Virus record (IMG/VR): IMGVR_UViG_3300032268_000832
Location: 242,464 to 306,463 of that record
Length of the DNA: 64,000 nucleotides
Strand: one strand, 5' to 3'
The translations under genes were made by a program, and so were the position numbers. The notes under the pieces were generated by a model, which had not been told where the DNA came from, did no database searches, and saw only the letters and a list, made by a program, of their open reading frames with translations. Shown here in pieces: positions 1 to 8,790 of this stretch (position 1 is the first letter of the stretch; each line of letters opens with the position of its first letter).

Positions 1-220
1 AGGTCAAGATGAAAATACTAATGAAATAGAAAATGATTTAGTTCGTATTGTATTTGATAGAAGTAAAATTAAAACCAATGGGTCGATTTATACCTCTGTT
101 ATTCATAAGAAAGATAATAGTACTTTTAATGGTTATATGTTTATTAATGACATCCCATCTTATTTTAAAAACTACAAATTATTTGAAGAAATAAAAAAAA
201 TGAAAAATTTAATCAATTAA
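1..220 (+). CDS. 3' end of hypothetical protein (partial)
   Basis: open frame from position 2 to TAA at 218-220. Confidence 0.6.
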   Translation, partial: GQDENTNEIENDLVRIVFDRSKIKTNGSIYTSVIHKKDNSTFNGYMFINDIPSYFKNYKLFEEIKKMKNLIN

Positions 221-221
221 A

Positions 222-255
222 TTTGCAAGATTAAAAATTTACTCGTATATTTGCA
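222..255 (+). promoter_or_regulatory. Bacteroidota sigma70-type promoter (representative of about 25 copies)
   Basis: TTTG-N~19-TATATTTG. The same motif precedes gene blocks near 1123, 2079, 4179, 6118, 8507, 9960, 10900, 16957, 18609, 22223, 25919, 30524, 32199, 41155, 43382, 45503, 46990, 47979, 49807, 55546, 57431, 59435, 60745, 61928, 62298 and 63885. Confidence 0.85.
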
Positions 256-289
256 TCATAATTAATATAAAACTTAAAATAAAAACAAG

Positions 290-628
290 ATGAGTAAATT
301 TGAAAAAATGATTTCGGCTAGTAATTCAACAACATTAGCAAACAGAGCTAGCGATTTAGCTGAAGAAGTGTCTTTAGAGTTAAACTCTTTCATCAACAAT
401 TTGAAAAGAGAAAAATCTCAGTTGAAAAGTAAAATCAACAAGTTAACGGATTTAGCACCAGAGAACACTACATCTTTGAGACCTGGTCATCCAGAATTCA
501 ATGCTTCGAATTGGGTAGCTGAGTTACATCAATGTCGTATGGATTTAGCATTGAAAGATGTTGAATTAGCAGAAGCACAAGCTATCCACGATGAATACTT
601 TGGTGAAGAAGCTGAAAACGCTAAGTAA
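290..628 (+). CDS. hypothetical coiled-coil protein
   Basis: ORF after promoter; helical heptad pattern; similar layout to 59469..59813. Confidence 0.8.
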   Translation: MSKFEKMISASNSTTLANRASDLAEEVSLELNSFINNLKREKSQLKSKINKLTDLAPENTTSLRPGHPEFNASNWVAELHQCRMDLALKDVELAEAQAIHDEYFGEEAENAK

Positions 629-630
629 TC

Positions 631-1116
631 ATGAGTACAAAACCGAAAGTGTATTTGGCGAAATCAAACAGAGCTAATCCAGAATTGGTTAGTAGAGTTC
701 GCCAAACTCTTTCCAAATATGATATAGAAATCGTTGAATTTAAGGGTGGTCAATTTAGTCACAAACCAATGTTAGAATGTGAACAATTAGTAGTTGTACC
801 AGACTTATCAGATGAAGAAAATATCGTAATTGGGAAAGGGTTGTATGAGCAAATTGAAAGATTTGGTTCCTCAAAAGGTTTTGAATATGTTTTAACTATC
901 ACTAGTGATAACATGTTGATTAAAGAACTTGATGATATTGATATAATTGATTATGATGATTACGTTGAATACGCTCTTCTACATTTTCAATCATCATGGG
1001 GTTCTGAACACTTGAAGGACGTTTTAGATGAAATTGGTTATAACCCAAAATCATCAAATACTTTAAAAACGTCTGGTAAATCAAATTATTATATGTTAAT
1101 TGGTAAAAAAGTTTAA
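631..1116 (+). CDS. hypothetical protein, possible TIR/Rossmann-like N-terminus
   Basis: beta-alpha pattern KVYLAKS...RVRQTLSKYDIEIV...ECEQLVVVP. Confidence 0.55.
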   Translation: MSTKPKVYLAKSNRANPELVSRVRQTLSKYDIEIVEFKGGQFSHKPMLECEQLVVVPDLSDEENIVIGKGLYEQIERFGSSKGFEYVLTITSDNMLIKELDDIDIIDYDDYVEYALLHFQSSWGSEHLKDVLDEIGYNPKSSNTLKTSGKSNYYMLIGKKV

Positions 1117-1183
1117 AAAAAACTTGCAAGATTGAAAAACACTTAGTATATTTGCATTGTAATTTTAAATAAACATCGTAGAG

Positions 1184-1302
1184 TGTTTGAGAGTAGTAGC
1201 TATTAGGAAAGTTCCTCCTCTTTATCGAAAGATAAATGAAACTTTGTACTGGCGGTGGTATCAAACACAAAGACGTAAGTATTGGGGTCTTACAACCCCA
1301 AG
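1184..1302 (+). ncRNA. candidate structured RNA
   Basis: GTGTTTGA/TCAAACAC closing stem, TTTATC-GAAA-GATAAA hairpin, TGGGG/CCCCA hairpin; no plus-strand ORF; directly after a promoter. Confidence 0.45.
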
Positions 1303-1305
1303 AAT

Positions 1306-1378
1306 GGTACCGTAGCTCAGTTGGTAGAGCAATGGACTGAAAATCCATGTGTCACTGGTTCGATTCCAGTCGGTACCA
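1306..1378 (+). tRNA. tRNA-Phe(GAA)
   Basis: GGTACCG/CGGTACC acceptor, D arm, ATGGA-CTGAAAA-TCCAT, ACTGG-TTCGATT-CCAGT. Confidence 0.97.
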
Positions 1379-1551
1379 CTACAGTAAGACGGTTAGCCTT
1401 ACGTAAAGAACTTTAAGACACCATGGAAGGTTTTAAAGGGAAATGACGCTAACAGCTGAGGAAGTGCTAGAACTTCTGGGTTTGCAGTTCGGACCCTCTC
1501 CCAAAGAAAACACTGCAATGGTACTATCATGGGAACGATAGTACCAAAACA

Positions 1552-1627
1552 CGGGGATAGCATAAGGGCGGCAGTTCCTTGCAGAACGTATACTAGTTGC
1601 CGAGGGGTTCGACTCCCTTCTCCCCGA
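1552..1627 (+). ncRNA. degenerate tRNA-like RNA (acceptor and T arm only)
   Basis: CGGGGA/TCCCCG acceptor, AGGGG-TTCGACT-CCCTT T arm; no canonical D or anticodon arm. Confidence 0.55.
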
Positions 1628-1641
1628 CTAAATTATTAACT

Positions 1642-1815
1642 ATGGCTACATTAGCACAAAAATCTAGACAAGCTAGAGCGTTAGCAATGCTTGAAACACA
1701 ACTTAAAAGTGGTGTTAAAACTCAGAAAGGAACTTCTGACGTTAAAATCGAATTGACAGATGCGGATAGAAAACGTATCAACAAAGAGATTAGTAACTTA
1801 AAAGCGAAAGCTTAA
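1642..1815 (+). CDS. small basic hypothetical protein
   Basis: ATG at 1642 follows the tRNA-like element; the track start at 1597 lies inside the RNA. Confidence 0.75.
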   Translation: MATLAQKSRQARALAMLETQLKSGVKTQKGTSDVKIELTDADRKRINKEISNLKAKA

Positions 1816-1819
1816 AAAA

Positions 1820-1965
1820 TAGGTAAAGAAAGATTATTTCAGCAATTTAAATCAACAGCCTCCTAAGCTCGTGGTCGCAGGTTCGAATCCTGTCTAGTTT
1901 TTCCTAGGAAAAGCAAGTAGCTCAGTTGGATAGAGCACGTATGAAAAAATTAATCTTGTTACCTA
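1820..1965 (+). ncRNA. circularly permuted tRNA-Arg(CCT)-like RNA in a terminal helix (YrlA/Y RNA-like)
   Basis: order is anticodon arm (ACAGC-CTCCTAA-GCT), T arm (GCAGG-TTCGAAT-CCTGT), loop-closed acceptor stem, D arm (TAGCTCAGTTGGATAGAGCA); ends pair TAGGTAA/TTACCTA and AAGATTA/TAATCTT. Confidence 0.75.
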
Positions 1966-1968
1966 CAT

Positions 1969-2044
1969 ATGAGGATAGCTCAGTTGGTAGAGCGCTCGGT
2001 GGTTCGCTGCCGAGAGGTTGCAGGTTCGAGTCCTGCTCCTTGTA
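1969..2044 (+). ncRNA. anticodon-less tRNA-like RNA (UUCG-capped arm)
   Basis: ATGAGGA/TCCTTGT acceptor, canonical D and T arms; anticodon arm is CTCGGTGG-TTCG-CTGCCGAG (8-bp stem, tetraloop). Confidence 0.8.
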
Positions 2045-2136
2045 CAAAAAAATTTTTAACTATTATTTAACAAAAAAATTTTGTAGTTACAAAAATACTT
2101 AGTATATTTGCATTGTAAAACATAAACAATAACAAA

Positions 2137-2856
2137 ATGAGTTTTTTTAAAAATCTAATCTTCGCTCAAGATGAAAATCCTAGTGAGGGTACTAGTACAC
2201 CAGCACCAGTGAAACAACAAACAACAAGTAAGTTTCCTGATTCTGGTCAAGCAACAACTGTTGCAACACCTGTTTTTTCGTTTCCAAATTCTGAAACGAC
2301 ACCAACACCTACAACCTTTGTTTCTCAAGCAAATGTTTCTCACGAACACTTAGAGAAAGCTATTGAGTTATATGAAAAGGGTTTTGATTCTTTAAACCAA
2401 AATGGTTTTGATTTCTACGAGTTTTTCCAATCAGTATCACAAGGTGGTATCGCAAACCCTCAAGTATATACTATGGCTTATGCTATGGGAACAGCAATGG
2501 ATAAAACTATTAACAAAGAGAAACTTACCTCACAAGCTGATTACTATATCGCTGAAATTACCAAAGTATACGATGAAAACGTTGCTAAAGGTCAAGGTAA
2601 AAAAGAAAGTTTATTGAGACAAAAAGAGTCTGAAAATCAAACATTAGCAAATGAGTTAACTATGTTCCAACAACAATTGGAAGCGTTGCAAATTCAAATT
2701 GTTGATAGACAAAATAAACTTCAAGCTATCAATGGTAAATACCAACCACAATTGGATGAAGTTGATAGTAAATTAAATGCCAACACAATTGCCAAGAGTA
2801 AAATTGTTGAGGCTATTGAAATTGTAAAATCAGGGATTAACACAAACATTAAATAA
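2137..2856 (+). CDS. coiled-coil protein, first gene of ABC/OmpA operon
   Basis: Pro/Thr-rich N-terminus, long C-terminal coiled coil. Confidence 0.8.
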   Translation: MSFFKNLIFAQDENPSEGTSTPAPVKQQTTSKFPDSGQATTVATPVFSFPNSETTPTPTTFVSQANVSHEHLEKAIELYEKGFDSLNQNGFDFYEFFQSVSQGGIANPQVYTMAYAMGTAMDKTINKEKLTSQADYYIAEITKVYDENVAKGQGKKESLLRQKESENQTLANELTMFQQQLEALQIQIVDRQNKLQAINGKYQPQLDEVDSKLNANTIAKSKIVEAIEIVKSGINTNIK

Positions 2857-2857
2857 G

Positions 2858-3991
2858 ATGAGTTCACAAACACAATTTAAACAACCAACTACATTAAACG
2901 CAAATTTAATGGAGTTACCAATCCTTAAGCACTTTGACCAAAATCAAATTGCAACTAAGGTAGACACATTCCGTAAAGGTGAGAAAAATCTTTTCTGGTT
3001 CATGAAATTAGCCGCATTTGGTGCTATTGGTTACGGATTATGGAAGTATGTATTACCAACCGTATTCCAAGCCATAGGTCATATGTTAGCAGTTGCCGCT
3101 ACTGGGGTGATGATTGTAGGTCTTATAATCGCAGCACCAGTAATTCTTAAAGGGCTTAGAGCCTTGACTAGAAGTCTTCATAAGATGATTATCCGTCACG
3201 ACCCTTTTGCTCAGTTGGAAATTGAGCGTCATAAGATGATTTCTAACCAAACAACATTTAGAGTTGCTAAAGGAAACATTGCTCAGTTAAAAAATGATAT
3301 GGAATTAGAATCAAGCAGAGCGCAAACAGAAGCTGAGGAAGGGCAAAAGTCAATTCTTAGACTTCAAGCCAAAGCACAAAAAATCAAAACCAGAATGGAC
3401 GAAATGGTTCAAAAAGGTGGTGTAGAAGCTAGAGGTGAAGATGAATATGTAAACTTGGCGTCTGAATTTCAAAAAGTAAACGCTGAAGCATTGCGTGTTT
3501 CAAATAAATTAACGCAAGCTAAAGACTTCGTTCAAAAATACGGTACACGTGCCAACATCATGAAGAAAATGGGTCAAAAGCTTACAATGGTTGAGACTGC
3601 TATGGAGATTAAAATCTCTGACTTTGATGCTACTGTAGAAATGCTTAAGAAAGACTATGAATTTGGTCAAAAATCTAACGCTGCTACAACTGCCGCTAAA
3701 AATGCAATGGGCTTCACCAAAGGATGGGAATTCGATTATGCTCTTGACGTTGTAACATCAACGATTGCCGCTGATATCGCGATTACAGCTGGTAACTTGA
3801 AAGACATCGAAACGCTTACAACTAACTATACGTTAGATTCTGATGAGTTGTTCGCTAACTTGAATGCTGTGGCTGACAAAATCAAAGTTGGTGAAGATAT
3901 TATTCCAAGTTCAAAACAATACAACAACCCTGAGTACGTTTTGTCATCAACTGACAGACAAAAATCAGGTGGGTTTGGTGAGTTGTTCTAA
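2858..3991 (+). CDS. membrane-anchored coiled-coil protein (PspA/ESCRT-III-like, tentative)
   Basis: two N-terminal TM segments followed by a long helical hairpin. Confidence 0.6.
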   Translation: MSSQTQFKQPTTLNANLMELPILKHFDQNQIATKVDTFRKGEKNLFWFMKLAAFGAIGYGLWKYVLPTVFQAIGHMLAVAATGVMIVGLIIAAPVILKGLRALTRSLHKMIIRHDPFAQLEIERHKMISNQTTFRVAKGNIAQLKNDMELESSRAQTEAEEGQKSILRLQAKAQKIKTRMDEMVQKGGVEARGEDEYVNLASEFQKVNAEALRVSNKLTQAKDFVQKYGTRANIMKKMGQKLTMVETAMEIKISDFDATVEMLKKDYEFGQKSNAATTAAKNAMGFTKGWEFDYALDVVTSTIAADIAITAGNLKDIETLTTNYTLDSDELFANLNAVADKIKVGEDIIPSSKQYNNPEYVLSSTDRQKSGGFGELF

Positions 3992-4008
3992 TCAAAGATA
4001 AAAAAGAA

Positions 4009-4150
4009 CTGTTCGAGTACCTTTTGTTGACCATACATCCAAAAGTGAAGTGGTGGACAAAGATACTATAGGATTGGTGAGCCTAGATGAGTAAGTAACA
4101 AGTCAGAAGAGTCTTAGACCGTATGGGTAGTTCCTCTAACTGGCGAACAT
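4009..4150 (+). ncRNA. candidate structured intergenic RNA
   Basis: GC-richer non-coding gap closed by TGTTCG/CGAACA, with internal hairpins. Confidence 0.35.
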
Positions 4151-4244
4151 TAAAAAAACGTTAAATAGAAAAAAAAGATTTGGTACATTAAAAATATGTT
4201 TGTATATTTGTACCATAAAACAATAACATTAAAATTTAAACAAA

Positions 4245-6059
4245 ATGGGAAGAATCCTTAAAATTCAAAAATTGACTACCTTTGCAGAAGGTGTAATTGT
4301 TGCTCTTGGAGCAGTATTGGTAATGGGTATCGTGTACTTCGTGTCACCAGGCCTACGTGTAGAAGTGTCTAAAACACTTGGTGGTTTAGAGCTTAATTCA
4401 GAAACCTTGAACAATGTAACAGCTGGTACTAAATTGCCGTTGCCATCTAGTACTCCATCAAGTGAAGTTGCTTCAAAAGGTCTTATTAGAATTGCAGAGT
4501 ATGCATGGAATGGTAACTCTGGTATGATTGTAGCTAACGGTGGACCACGCACAACTGAGGGGTCGCTTATGGAAGCCGCAGGTGTAAACTTAGAAATTGT
4601 TCGTCAAGACATGGTTGGTGGTTTACGTGATATGCAAGTAAAATTCGTTGAAGAATTTGATGGTGGTGCCGCTTATCCTAAATCTGATAAATCAGCTGTT
4701 GCTGTATCTATCATGGGTGATGGTGTTCCATTCTATATCACAACTACACAAAAATCGTTAGATGAAAAATTCGGTAAGGGTAAATACCACGTACAAGCGA
4801 TTGCACAATATGGTTTATCATACGGTGAAGATAAGCTTATCGGACCACAAATTTGGAAAGATAACCCTCAATCATTGAAAGGTGCTGTTATTTCTTCTGT
4901 AATCGGTGACGGTGACTGGGTTGTAGCTTGTAACTATGCGTTCGCTAACAAAATTCCAGTAAATCCAGACCCAAAAACTTACGACCCTAATGCGATTAAC
5001 TTCGTACCATCACCAAATGATGACTTTATTGAATCTGTAAAAGACTTGATTAAATCTCAAACAGCTGGTTATACGGTTCCATTAAAAGAGGTTAAAGATG
5101 GTAAATTAACTGGTAAGACGGTTAACCGTAAGATTGATGGTGCTACTACGTGGACTCCAGGTGATAAGATGGCTTTCGATGCGTTGACTGGTTTCACAGA
5201 TGTTGTTTCAACAAAAGAGTTTGTGAATCAAATGGCTACTACGCTTGTAATTGTTAAAGAGTGGGCTGTACAACACGATAAAGAAGTTATCAATTTATTG
5301 AAACAAACTTATGTTGCTTCTAATCAAATCAAACAATACGATGAATGGGCTCGTAAAGCGGCTGAGTGTGTAGCTAAAACATACAACGCAGAAACTGCTG
5401 AATACTGGTATAATATGTTCAAAGGACAAAAAGGTACCAAAGCTGGTTTAGGTTACGATGTTGGTGGTACAAGAGTATTCAACTATGCTGATGCAATGCA
5501 ATACAACGGTATCTCTGATGGTAACAACAGATACAAAGCAGTATATGACCAAGTTTCCGCTTATTTGACTGACTTGAACCCATGTGGTTTCAATGAAACT
5601 TGCCCTGAGGGTGTTATACCTTACGATGACGCGGTTAACTTATACTTCTTAAAATCAATTAACATTGGTGATGCAGGTAAAACTGAAAAAATATCATATG
5701 CTGAAAACAAAACTAAAGTTTTAGCTAGTGGTCAATGGAACATCAACTTTGCAACTGGTAGTTCAGCTATCCAAGGGTCTGAAAAAGACTTAGAAACGAT
5801 ATATAACTTGTTAGTGCAAGCTGAGGAAGCAAAACTTAAAGTTGTTGGTCACACTGATAACGTAGGTAACTCAAATTCTAATATGGACTTGTCAAAAGGA
5901 CGTGCTAACTCTGTAGTTGCATATTTAACAAGTAGAGGTATCTCTAAAGAACGTTTCCAATTGGTAGACGGAAAAGGTGATACACAACCTATCGGTGATA
6001 ACAACACTGTATCAGGTAAAGCTAAAAATAGACGTGTAGAAATTACTCTATTAAAATAG
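4245..6059 (+). CDS. ABC substrate-binding protein (SsuA/TauA/NMT1-like) fused to C-terminal OmpA-like peptidoglycan-binding domain
   Basis: N-terminal TM; C-terminal motifs INFATGSS, VVGHTDNVG, LSKGRANSV, NRRVEI; adjacent permease and ATPase. Confidence 0.85.
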   Translation: MGRILKIQKLTTFAEGVIVALGAVLVMGIVYFVSPGLRVEVSKTLGGLELNSETLNNVTAGTKLPLPSSTPSSEVASKGLIRIAEYAWNGNSGMIVANGGPRTTEGSLMEAAGVNLEIVRQDMVGGLRDMQVKFVEEFDGGAAYPKSDKSAVAVSIMGDGVPFYITTTQKSLDEKFGKGKYHVQAIAQYGLSYGEDKLIGPQIWKDNPQSLKGAVISSVIGDGDWVVACNYAFANKIPVNPDPKTYDPNAINFVPSPNDDFIESVKDLIKSQTAGYTVPLKEVKDGKLTGKTVNRKIDGATTWTPGDKMAFDALTGFTDVVSTKEFVNQMATTLVIVKEWAVQHDKEVINLLKQTYVASNQIKQYDEWARKAAECVAKTYNAETAEYWYNMFKGQKGTKAGLGYDVGGTRVFNYADAMQYNGISDGNNRYKAVYDQVSAYLTDLNPCGFNETCPEGVIPYDDAVNLYFLKSINIGDAGKTEKISYAENKTKVLASGQWNINFATGSSAIQGSEKDLETIYNLLVQAEEAKLKVVGHTDNVGNSNSNMDLSKGRANSVVAYLTSRGISKERFQLVDGKGDTQPIGDNNTVSGKAKNRRVEITLLK

Positions 6060-6076
6060 TGTTCGTGTTTTAATTA

Positions 6077-6110
6077 AAAAGTCCCTGATTAACATCAGGG
6101 ATTTTTTTTT
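6077..6110 (+). terminator. intrinsic terminator
   Basis: GTCCCTGAT-TAAC-ATCAGGGAT followed by a T run. Confidence 0.8.
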
Positions 6111-6166
6111 ATTATTATTTGGTAGTTTGAAAAATAAATAGTATTTTTGTATAAAATTATAACACA

Positions 6167-6946
6167 ATGAAAAATATAATTAAAATGTTTGTCCCTTTTC
6201 AAACAATAAAAGGGTCTGAAAAAACAATAATGCTAACAATATGGTTAGTTTCTTTGTTTGCTATTTGGGGTGTTTGTGCTATGGGTACAACGCACTTGTT
6301 TCCAACACCGTCACAAGTGTTGAAAGGGTTTGGAACTATATGGACTGATGGTCTTATTGTTCATTTATTCAATTCTTTAGCGTTATGTGCTCAAGCTGTT
6401 TTAATTTCAGTTTTTATTTCTTTGTTTGTAACTTATTTAAGTACGTTACCATTCTTTAAGGGTTGGGCTGACTTTATTTCAAAGCTTAGATTCTTACCGC
6501 TAGCTGGTATTACATTTTACATCACTATTATCATTTCTAGTGCAAGAACTATACAAGTATGGGTACTTGTAATGTTTATGTCGACTTATTTGATTACATC
6601 GCTTGTACAGATGATTAAAGACATTTCACAAGAAGAATTTGACCATGCAAGAACGCTTGGTTGTAACAGATGGGAAATGCTTTGGGAAGTGGTGATTAAA
6701 GGACGTTTTGATTACGTATTTGAATTGGTTAGACAAAACCTTGCGATTGTATGGATGATGCTTGTAAGTATTGAGAGTATCCTTATCGCTGCTGGTGGTC
6801 TTGGTGTTCTTATTAAGAATGGTGATAAGGTTGGTGACAACGGACGTGTTATTGCGGTTCAAATTGTGATTATCCTTGTTGGTATCGTGCTTGACTTCTT
6901 GTTAACAAAATTAAGAAAATTAATATTCAGGTATTCTAACTTTTAA
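6167..6946 (+). CDS. ABC permease, NitT/TauT/SsuC family
   Basis: FPTPSQV motif, six TM segments, EAA-like loop EEFDHARTLGCNR, AGGLG. Confidence 0.9.
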   Translation: MKNIIKMFVPFQTIKGSEKTIMLTIWLVSLFAIWGVCAMGTTHLFPTPSQVLKGFGTIWTDGLIVHLFNSLALCAQAVLISVFISLFVTYLSTLPFFKGWADFISKLRFLPLAGITFYITIIISSARTIQVWVLVMFMSTYLITSLVQMIKDISQEEFDHARTLGCNRWEMLWEVVIKGRFDYVFELVRQNLAIVWMMLVSIESILIAAGGLGVLIKNGDKVGDNGRVIAVQIVIILVGIVLDFLLTKLRKLIFRYSNF

Positions 6947-6957
6947 AATTAAAAATT

Positions 6958-7149
6958 ATGCTGTATGTTTTAATCATTATTATTTGTGGGTTAATTGGTG
7001 GTTTAATAGTTATAACTATTGATTATTTGTTTAATTTATTTTCTAATAAAAAAAGTAATATAGTTACTTATGAGAAAATAAAACAAACACCTGAACAATT
7101 AAAAATTAGTAAACGTTTAGATGAAATGTTAGAAGAGTTTAAAAAATAA
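6958..7149 (+). CDS. small membrane protein
   Basis: single TM ORF between permease and ATPase. Confidence 0.65.
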   Translation: MLYVLIIIICGLIGGLIVITIDYLFNLFSNKKSNIVTYEKIKQTPEQLKISKRLDEMLEEFKK

Positions 7150-7154
7150 AAATT

Positions 7155-7976
7155 ATGCCGTATACAACAAATGAAACGCTATTATACGTTGATAACGTAA
7201 GCGCAGGTTACGATGGGAAAGTCATTATTAAAGACATCAACATCATAGAAAGAAATGTAATAAGAAAAGACTTTGATTCAACTGGTCAAGTTATTGCAGT
7301 GTTGGGACGTTCAGGTAGAGGTAAGTCTACATTGTTTAAAGTTCTTACTGGTTTATTAAAACCAATGAGTGGTCAAATATTATTGGCTGATATGGATACT
7401 GACGATTCAAGCGATGCTAAACCTTTAGATGAAGGTGATGTTGGTTTTGTTGACCAAAAATACACGCTTTTCAGACATAAAACAGTTACTCAGATTTGTC
7501 AATACGCTATGCGTAAATCAACTTACCCTAAAGCAGAAAAAGATACTATCATAAACGATTATCTTACAGAATGGGGTCTTTTAGAACATAAAGACAAATA
7601 CCCATGTGAATTATCTGGTGGTCAAAGACAACGTACCGCAATCATTGAACAAATGCTTACCAACAAACACTTTATGATTCTAGATGAACCTTTCTCTGGA
7701 TTAGACGTTGGTAACATTGAAAAAGTTAAACAGTCTTTTGATAAAATTGGTTCGGCACATGAGTCTAACACAATTATGTTTTCAACACACGATATTAAAC
7801 TTGCAGTTGAATTAGCTGATAGTATTTATATTATCGGAAGACCTGAAGGTGTTGATGATTATAGCACTGTTTTAAAACACTATGACTTAAAACAAATGGA
7901 TTTAGCGTGGACACAATATAGTGATAAACATAGAGAATTGGTCAGTGAAATAAAAACTGTTTTATTGAATTCATAA
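7155..7976 (+). CDS. ABC ATPase, NitT/TauT family
   Basis: Walker A GRSGRGKS, signature LSGGQ, Walker B ILDEPFSGLD, H-loop STHD. Confidence 0.95.
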   Translation: MPYTTNETLLYVDNVSAGYDGKVIIKDINIIERNVIRKDFDSTGQVIAVLGRSGRGKSTLFKVLTGLLKPMSGQILLADMDTDDSSDAKPLDEGDVGFVDQKYTLFRHKTVTQICQYAMRKSTYPKAEKDTIINDYLTEWGLLEHKDKYPCELSGGQRQRTAIIEQMLTNKHFMILDEPFSGLDVGNIEKVKQSFDKIGSAHESNTIMFSTHDIKLAVELADSIYIIGRPEGVDDYSTVLKHYDLKQMDLAWTQYSDKHRELVSEIKTVLLNS

Positions 7977-8051
7977 TGGGTGATTTAACAATATTAGTTA
8001 TATTATCAAAAACAAAGTATTTATAAATAAAACAAAAAAAAAATATTAAAA

Positions 8052-8453
8052 ATGAGTAAATTTGATGACTTGTTCAATGACTTCTTAAATGATAAGTCAA
8101 ACAACAATAAAGATGATAACACCAATATGATGGGTGATTTATTTAAGAATATATCCAACATGAAAAACTTCGATAAAGAAGGGTTGATGAAAGAATTAGA
8201 TAAAAATCTAGGTGAACCAGATGAAATTAAAAGCTATGAAGAAAATGGTGTGTTCTTTCAAAAACAAATTTGGCACACAAAACATGGTCAAGTAATTAAA
8301 ACTATAATTTCAGACGTACCCTTTAAAAAGAAAAAAACTAGGGTTCCATTAGAAAATCAACTTGAAATCGCTGTTGAAGAAGAAAATTATGAGTTAGCGG
8401 CGAAGCTTAGAGATAGAATAACAAAAAGAAACGAAAAGAAAAATAAAAAATAA
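8052..8453 (+). CDS. UvrB/UvrC (UVR) motif protein
   Basis: C-terminal LENQLEIAVEEENYELAAKLRDRI. Confidence 0.8.
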   Translation: MSKFDDLFNDFLNDKSNNNKDDNTNMMGDLFKNISNMKNFDKEGLMKELDKNLGEPDEIKSYEENGVFFQKQIWHTKHGQVIKTIISDVPFKKKKTRVPLENQLEIAVEEENYELAAKLRDRITKRNEKKNKK

Positions 8454-8506
8454 AAAGCTGGTTTTCAGTTATTTATAAATTATTTTAAAAAAAGTTACAA
8501 AAAAAC

Positions 8507-8537
8507 TTGACTTGTATTATAATAGTTAGTATCTTTG
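8507..8537 (+). promoter_or_regulatory. sigma70-type promoter for leader peptide and tRNA array
   Basis: TTG at 8507, TATCTTTG at 8530-8537; a second motif TATTTATA at 8586-8593. Confidence 0.75.
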
Positions 8538-8615
8538 CACTATAATTAAAAATAAACAAAAAAAGAATTTTTACAAAAAACAACATATTTATAAACAAAT
8601 AGAAAAAACAAAGTT

Positions 8616-8717
8616 ATGAAAACACAAACGACATATCAAACGCAATATCAACCTAAGGGCGGGAAACCGTTCAGGTCGACTGGGTGTGTCATGTTTTCAG
8701 ACTTGACAACAATATAG
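8616..8717 (+). CDS. putative attenuator leader peptide MKTQTTYQTQYQPKGGKPFRSTGCVMFSDLTTI
   Basis: 33-codon ORF between promoter and terminator; codons 2-18 are only K/T/Q/Y/P/G; contains antiterminator strand GACTGGGT at 8678-8685. Confidence 0.75.
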   Translation: MKTQTTYQTQYQPKGGKPFRSTGCVMFSDLTTI

Positions 8718-8741
8718 TAAGTACGTAAGTACAAATTATAG

Positions 8742-8777
8742 ACCCAGTTCAGAGTAAAATCTAAACTGGGTTTTTTT
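8742..8777 (+). terminator. attenuator terminator upstream of tRNA array
   Basis: ACCCAGTT-C-AGA/TCT-A-AACTGGGT hairpin plus T7; its 5' arm is also complementary to 8678-8685. Confidence 0.85.
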
Positions 8778-8790
8778 ATGCAATAAATTA

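Noticed and set aside
920-1348. 142-aa minus-strand ORF
   Set aside because: Antisense to a real CDS and tRNA-Phe; no plausible protein features
1455-1515. Hammerhead-like CTGAGGA...GAAA
   Set aside because: Stems I-III cannot be formed around the core in the required order
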